From NCBI GenBank assembly GCA_051251915.1, contig JBPOGF010000012.1, forward strand, positions 64,001 to 128,000: 64,000 bases of DNA, given 5' to 3'. This document shows, in pieces, positions 59,668 through 64,000 of the stretch. Numbering within the stretch: position 1 is the first letter of the stretch; the number at the start of each line of letters is the position of its first letter. The notes below the pieces were generated by a model. It saw only the letters and a program-made list of their open reading frames with translations, was not told the origin of the DNA and did no database searches. The position numbers and the translations under genes are program-made. Source of the DNA: Akkermansiaceae bacterium (GTDB lineage: Bacteria > Verrucomicrobiota > Verrucomicrobiia > Verrucomicrobiales > Akkermansiaceae).

Positions 59668-60877
59668 CTTCTTTTCTGATTCCCTTCTCTTTTCTGGTTT
59701 CTCTTTCTAAATACTTCGACAACTTAAATGCAAAATGAATCAACAACCCGATCGCTGAAATCCACATACACACCTTCGGCCACTGATCCGCAGGGTTTGT
59801 CACTATCTCAAATCCTGAAAACTCCAACCCATTAATAGGCTCATTCCAGTTCGCCTGATAAAGAGTGAATCCTTTATAGCGCATAGGATGGTTCATCTTA
59901 ATCGTCTGAATCTTCTCCTGCTCCTCATCCTCACCCGTCCAAGCTATCGTGCTCTGGAACTTACTAGGTCTGCGCGTCCCAGGGTAATATTCACCCACAG
60001 AATTGATCAAATCCACCTTGAACGGCATTTTCCAGATCTCATTCGGCATCTCAACCCCGTAAAGCTTACCTCCAACAGAAAACGTCTGTGGAAACGCGAT
60101 TGATCGACACAACAGCAACGTCTTAGAAGGCTCGCCATTCTTAGGCTTAACCAGCACATAGCACCCGTAGTTATAATAATCGGTACTAGTATCCAGCTTC
60201 GCAGGATGAAGAAAGAAGCCATCCACGATCTCACCAGAATTCTTACCTCTAGCCTGTTGCGAAGCATCCATCACCACCACATTTTCTTGAAAATGCCTCA
60301 CCTCTAGATCAAACGGCAACTCCTCAAAAGTAAACCTACGCATCCTCTCCTCAAGATCTGAAATCATATCATGCTTTATCACATAAGGCTTCTTCTTCTC
60401 ACCCTCAGCACTAAACTCAGACACCTCTATCGAAGAATAATCAAACTTCGTAGCATAATCATAACGCTCACCTTGAAAAACCTCCATTTTACCATGGATA
60501 GAACGATGATGATCCACAAATCCTACCACCAAAAGAGAAACAATACCCATGTGAGACAACACCACACCAATATTCCTCCAACCCTTTCGAAGTCTCAAAA
60601 TACCACCCAGCATCATGTTCACAAACAACACACAGCAAACCCAGTAAGCACCAGGCAACCATATAAAGAGAGATTTCCCGCCATTGATTTCAGGTTTAAC
60701 CCAGAATTTATTACTACTATAATACTTATCCAGTGCCGCAGACAAACCAATATCCTGCATCTCCAGTGTGCTAAACCACACCAACAAACCTAGCAGGACT
60801 AAGCAGATAACGCAGAGTAAATAACTAGAAAAGAAATCCAGTATCCGCACAGCTATGTTTTTATTCTTCTTAGACAT
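59651..60877 (-). CDS. resB: Cytochrome c biogenesis ResB/CcsB family protein
   Basis: Three N-terminal TMs with conserved His (SHMG), YPGT..P..F.S, MNHPMRYKG.TLYQ; start moved to ATG 60877 behind GGAGG. Confidence 0.85.
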   Translation of the reverse strand: MSKKNKNIAVRILDFFSSYLLCVICLVLLGLLVWFSTLEMQDIGLSAALDKYYSSNKFWVKPEINGGKSLFIWLPGAYWVCCVLFVNMMLGGILRLRKGWRNIGVVLSHMGIVSLLVVGFVDHHRSIHGKMEVFQGERYDYATKFDYSSIEVSEFSAEGEKKKPYVIKHDMISDLEERMRRFTFEELPFDLEVRHFQENVVVMDASQQARGKNSGEIVDGFFLHPAKLDTSTDYYNYGCYVLVKPKNGEPSKTLLLCRSIAFPQTFSVGGKLYGVEMPNEIWKMPFKVDLINSVGEYYPGTRRPSKFQSTIAWTGEDEEQEKIQTIKMNHPMRYKGFTLYQANWNEPINGLEFSGFEIVTNPADQWPKVCMWISAIGLLIHFAFKLSKYLERETRKEKGIRKEDEQES

Positions 60878-60878
60878 C

Positions 60879-61523
60879 CTAGTATCCCCCCTCCGTTTTC
60901 TCAACCTTAGCATCTTTCTTAGATCGTTCATCCGGAGTCTGGAGATCATTGATACGTAGAGTCTCTGCGAATTTCATCAAATTTCCTTGCTGATCCACCA
61001 CTTCCGCCTCTGGCCCCATCATTTTAATAGTCACCAAGCTCCCTCCTCCCACATCACAAATAATTCCTGTCACAGCCCAGCCTTCTGCCTTCATCGGCAT
61101 TCCTGCCATCTTCTTCTGAAACGTCCCCTTCAGCTGAATCACTTGAGCCTCTCTACCACCAAACATCTCTATCGTCTCAAGACCACTCACATCTTTGAGA
61201 ACCTCTAGCTCAAATTCTCTCTTCCAGCGGTTCATATTCGCCAGAACTCCCCCTCCATCCACTTGCCCCACTGCAACCTCGGTCGATCCCCCAACAGCAT
61301 AGTTTAAGATCCTAAACTCAGTTCTATTCACCCTGCGCCATTCCAGCGGCTGCGTGCCTACCAATGACTCGTAATTATTTTTAAACACGGAAACATCATC
61401 ATACTGGCACAATTCCCTGCGCTCAACTACTTCCATTTCTTTCGGTAATTGCTTACATGACAGGGTCATTCCTGATAGACATGCTAGGCCCAAAAACCTG
61501 CTTATGAGTGATTTAAATTTCAT
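60879..61523 (-). CDS. Lipoprotein heading the ccs operon
   Basis: Lipobox TLSC; GGVLANMNRW, KMMGP; 1-bp gap to resB. Confidence 0.75.
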   Translation of the reverse strand: MKFKSLISRFLGLACLSGMTLSCKQLPKEMEVVERRELCQYDDVSVFKNNYESLVGTQPLEWRRVNRTEFRILNYAVGGSTEVAVGQVDGGGVLANMNRWKREFELEVLKDVSGLETIEMFGGREAQVIQLKGTFQKKMAGMPMKAEGWAVTGIICDVGGGSLVTIKMMGPEAEVVDQQGNLMKFAETLRINDLQTPDERSKKDAKVEKTEGGY

Positions 61524-61706
61524 CGCTTGTGCCCTCTAAACCCATTTTTTATGTTTTGCAAGTGATTACAGAACACCCAAAAATTAATTTATTTTTTTTC
61601 TAAGAAACTAATTGTATTACACGTTTCAACTTTAATACTAGCAATTTTGCTCAAATTAACCATAATTTCAGAGTAAATTCTTATCAACAAATAGACCACT
61701 TATACC

Positions 61707-62795
61707 ATGAGCCAGCACGCACAACTATCCCCAGAAGCAGAACAACAGCTTCGAGCACAGAAAAGAAACTCCACCATTTCAGCGATCATTATTTCGCTTC
61801 TCACTTGCGCTCTTCTAGTCGCCATCCTCTTCTATATCGCACTTTCCCCACTCTTTAAAAACACCGAAGAACTCGTTACTTATAGTAGCGGCTCAGAAAC
61901 TGACGAAAAGATCACCAAACCAGAAATGAATAACGAGGTTGAAAAGAAACCATCCTCACCTTCATCATCTATGGCTAAAGTAATCGCAGCCAACACCCCA
62001 TCACCTACAGCTGTCCCAGTCCCTGACGAAACAGCCGTAGAACCTTCACTAGACTTTGGTGACGGTAATGACTTTGGTGATGGCTGGGGCGGCGGTGGCT
62101 CAGGTGCTGGCGGCGGTGGTGGTGGCGGCGCATCATTCTTCAAACAAAGCGTCAAGGCCGAGCGCATTGCCTACGTAATCGATTACTCAGCATCCATGAG
62201 AGGCAATAATAAGTTCGAACTCATGAAAAAGGAACTCTCTAAATCAGTTAAAGGACTTCCAGATAACATCGACTACCAACTCATCTTCTTCGCAGGCCCT
62301 GCATGGGTAGCAGGCGACAAGATCATTGCTGAAAAAGGTAAAGACAGAGATTTCACTATCAACAGTGGCGGCAGAAAATACGATTGGGTCACTACAGGTG
62401 GCGCTCATGGATACCGTCCAAAGATTAAATCCAAAATGCAACAAGCGGAATGGATCAAATCTAGCGAAGGCAAACGCAAGCAAAGTCTCAAACTCATCGA
62501 AGACACACCAATGGTCTTCGGAACAGTCTGGGAATATCCACTTGAAATGGCTCTCAACATGAACCCCCAGCCAGATGTCATCTTCTTCATGACTGATGGC
62601 TCTGCTGGCTCCGAAAGTGAATCAGTTGCTAGACGACTCGGAAGTGAAGCGAAAAGAGATGGCATAGTCATTAACTGCGTTGCCCTCATGGAACCAAAAG
62701 CTAAAAAAGCAATGAGCGACATCGCCAAACGCACCGGCGGAGTCTTCACAGAAGTCCAGCCTAACGGCAAAATCATCCAACACGAACTCAAATAA
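61707..62795 (+). CDS. Membrane-anchored vWA-domain protein (paralogue 1)
   Basis: One TM, Pro/Gly-rich linker, MIDAS DYSAS...T...TDG. Confidence 0.85.
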   Translation: MSQHAQLSPEAEQQLRAQKRNSTISAIIISLLTCALLVAILFYIALSPLFKNTEELVTYSSGSETDEKITKPEMNNEVEKKPSSPSSSMAKVIAANTPSPTAVPVPDETAVEPSLDFGDGNDFGDGWGGGGSGAGGGGGGGASFFKQSVKAERIAYVIDYSASMRGNNKFELMKKELSKSVKGLPDNIDYQLIFFAGPAWVAGDKIIAEKGKDRDFTINSGGRKYDWVTTGGAHGYRPKIKSKMQQAEWIKSSEGKRKQSLKLIEDTPMVFGTVWEYPLEMALNMNPQPDVIFFMTDGSAGSESESVARRLGSEAKRDGIVINCVALMEPKAKKAMSDIAKRTGGVFTEVQPNGKIIQHELK

Positions 62796-62824
62796 TAACC
62801 TTAGCTACATACCTTTAATGAACT

Positions 62825-62869
62825 ATCTGCCACATTCGCCCAACCTCACGGATGTGGCAGATTTCTTTT
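62825..62869 (+). terminator. Intrinsic terminator
   Basis: ATCTGCCACATTCG/CGGATGTGGCAGAT + TTCTTTT. Confidence 0.8.
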
Positions 62870-63116
62870 CAGCCACAATATTTTACTAATAAGAAATAAA
62901 ACCCCATCAATTTTAATACAATCTACTCAAAATCCTCCTACAGATTCATCTAGGCTTTACCACTCCATCCATTTAAACCCAACTCACATTATCTAAAATA
63001 AGCATTTTTCTGATCATCAAAACCTGTATGACAAACAAACCAACCAACGCAACACACCCACTTAAGTAACTCTGTATCCGTTATAAACAAAAATAAACCA
63101 AACAAAATTAAAAACC

Positions 63117-64000
63117 ATGAGCCAACACGCACAACTTTCTCCTGAAGCGGAACAGCAACTCCGCGCCCAGAAAAGAAACTCCACCATCTCAGCCATAATC
63201 ATTTCGCTGCTCTCCTGCGCACTACTAGTTGCCATCCTCTTCTACATAGCGTTAGCCACAATTTCTAAAAATACCGAGGAACTCGTCACCTACAGTTCTG
63301 GCGTAGAATCAGAAGAGAAAATCACCAAGCCAGAAATGACTGATCAGGTGCAGAAAAAGCCCTCTTCACCGTCAGCATCCATGGCAAAAGTAATCGCCTC
63401 CAGCACCCCTTCACCCACAGCAGTCCCAGTGCCCGATGTCACCATCACAGAACCATCATTAGACTTTGGAGACGGAAATGACTTCGGCGACGGCTGGGGC
63501 AGCGGCACAGGCTCAGGAAGCGGCGGAGGTGGCGTTTCATTCTTTAAACAAAGCGTCAAAGCTGAACGCATAGCCTACGTCATTGACTACTCAGCATCCA
63601 TGAGAGGCAAGAAATTCGAACTCATGAAAAAAGAGCTAGCCAAATCAGTTAGAGACTTACCAGACACTGTAGACTACCAACTCATCTTCTTCGCCGGCCC
63701 AGCATGGGTTGCTGGTGATGAGATCCATGGCGGTGGTAAAGGTCAAGCCGCCTCATTCACTCGCGACGGAAAAAAATATGCCTGGAAAGGCAAAGGCTCA
63801 GCTGGCGTCCCCCCAGCAGAATGGATCAGATCAGATAAAGAACAGCGTAAGAAAAGCTTAAAAATCATCAAAGATACCCCTATGATCTACGGCACTAAAT
63901 GGGATCGCCCCATCGAATACGCACTAGAGATGAACCCGCAACCAGACATCATCTTCTTCATGACTGATGGCACCGCCGGTAAAAACACAGAAGACATTGC
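63117..64000 (+). CDS. Membrane-anchored vWA-domain protein (paralogue 2); runs off the right edge
   Basis: Not in ORF track. ATG 63117, MSQHAQLSPEAEQQLRAQKRNSTISAIIISLL identical to paralogue 1; DYSAS and FFMTDG present. Confidence 0.88.
   Translation, partial: MSQHAQLSPEAEQQLRAQKRNSTISAIIISLLSCALLVAILFYIALATISKNTEELVTYSSGVESEEKITKPEMTDQVQKKPSSPSASMAKVIASSTPSPTAVPVPDVTITEPSLDFGDGNDFGDGWGSGTGSGSGGGGVSFFKQSVKAERIAYVIDYSASMRGKKFELMKKELAKSVRDLPDTVDYQLIFFAGPAWVAGDEIHGGGKGQAASFTRDGKKYAWKGKGSAGVPPAEWIRSDKEQRKKSLKIIKDTPMIYGTKWDRPIEYALEMNPQPDIIFFMTDGTAGKNTEDI

Noticed and set aside
60878..60949. Longer N-terminus of resB given by the ORF track
   Set aside because: Overlaps the upstream gene; ATG 60877 has a GGAGG site and abuts the upstream stop
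62085..62130. GGC/GGT microsatellite as a phase-variation tract
   Set aside because: Mixed codons encoding a Gly linker; in-frame and not a pure repeat

Overview
Chromosomal window from a bacterium that is most likely Verrucomicrobiota (PEP-CTERM protein, Sel1-repeat Ser/Thr kinase, ACIII gene layout, A-rich leaders with little Shine-Dalgarno signal). No mobile element, rRNA or CRISPR array is visible. The main feature is a 17.6-kb minus-strand respiratory operon (22765->5178) of 16 genes. It encodes alternative complex III (actA-F), a small membrane protein, a cbb3-derived module and an A1-type aa3 oxidase. In the cbb3-derived module, the CcoN homologue has lost nearly all metal ligands, the CcoO has Cys where the axial Met should be, and there is an extra cytochrome c. 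The aa3 oxidase lacks the K-channel lysine in subunit I and has a ~370-aa insertion in subunit III. A perfect Rex-type palindrome lies in the operon leader. Non-coding highlights: (i) three tandem copies of a ~80-nt structured sRNA candidate at 25.07-25.72 kb, each with its own promoter and terminator; (ii) a second sRNA candidate behind a CRP/Rex-like palindrome at 52.07-52.25 kb; (iii) a 12-14-bp motif, AGAGGTAAGTTTTT, found 5 times within 15 kb regardless of reading frame. The rest is housekeeping (purU, panE, dapF, valS, tRNA-Thr-tuf-tRNA-Trp-secE-nusG-rplK without rplA, kbl, upp, purN, cytochrome c maturation system II) plus four tandem paralogue pairs. All family calls come from motif recognition by eye; no searches were run.
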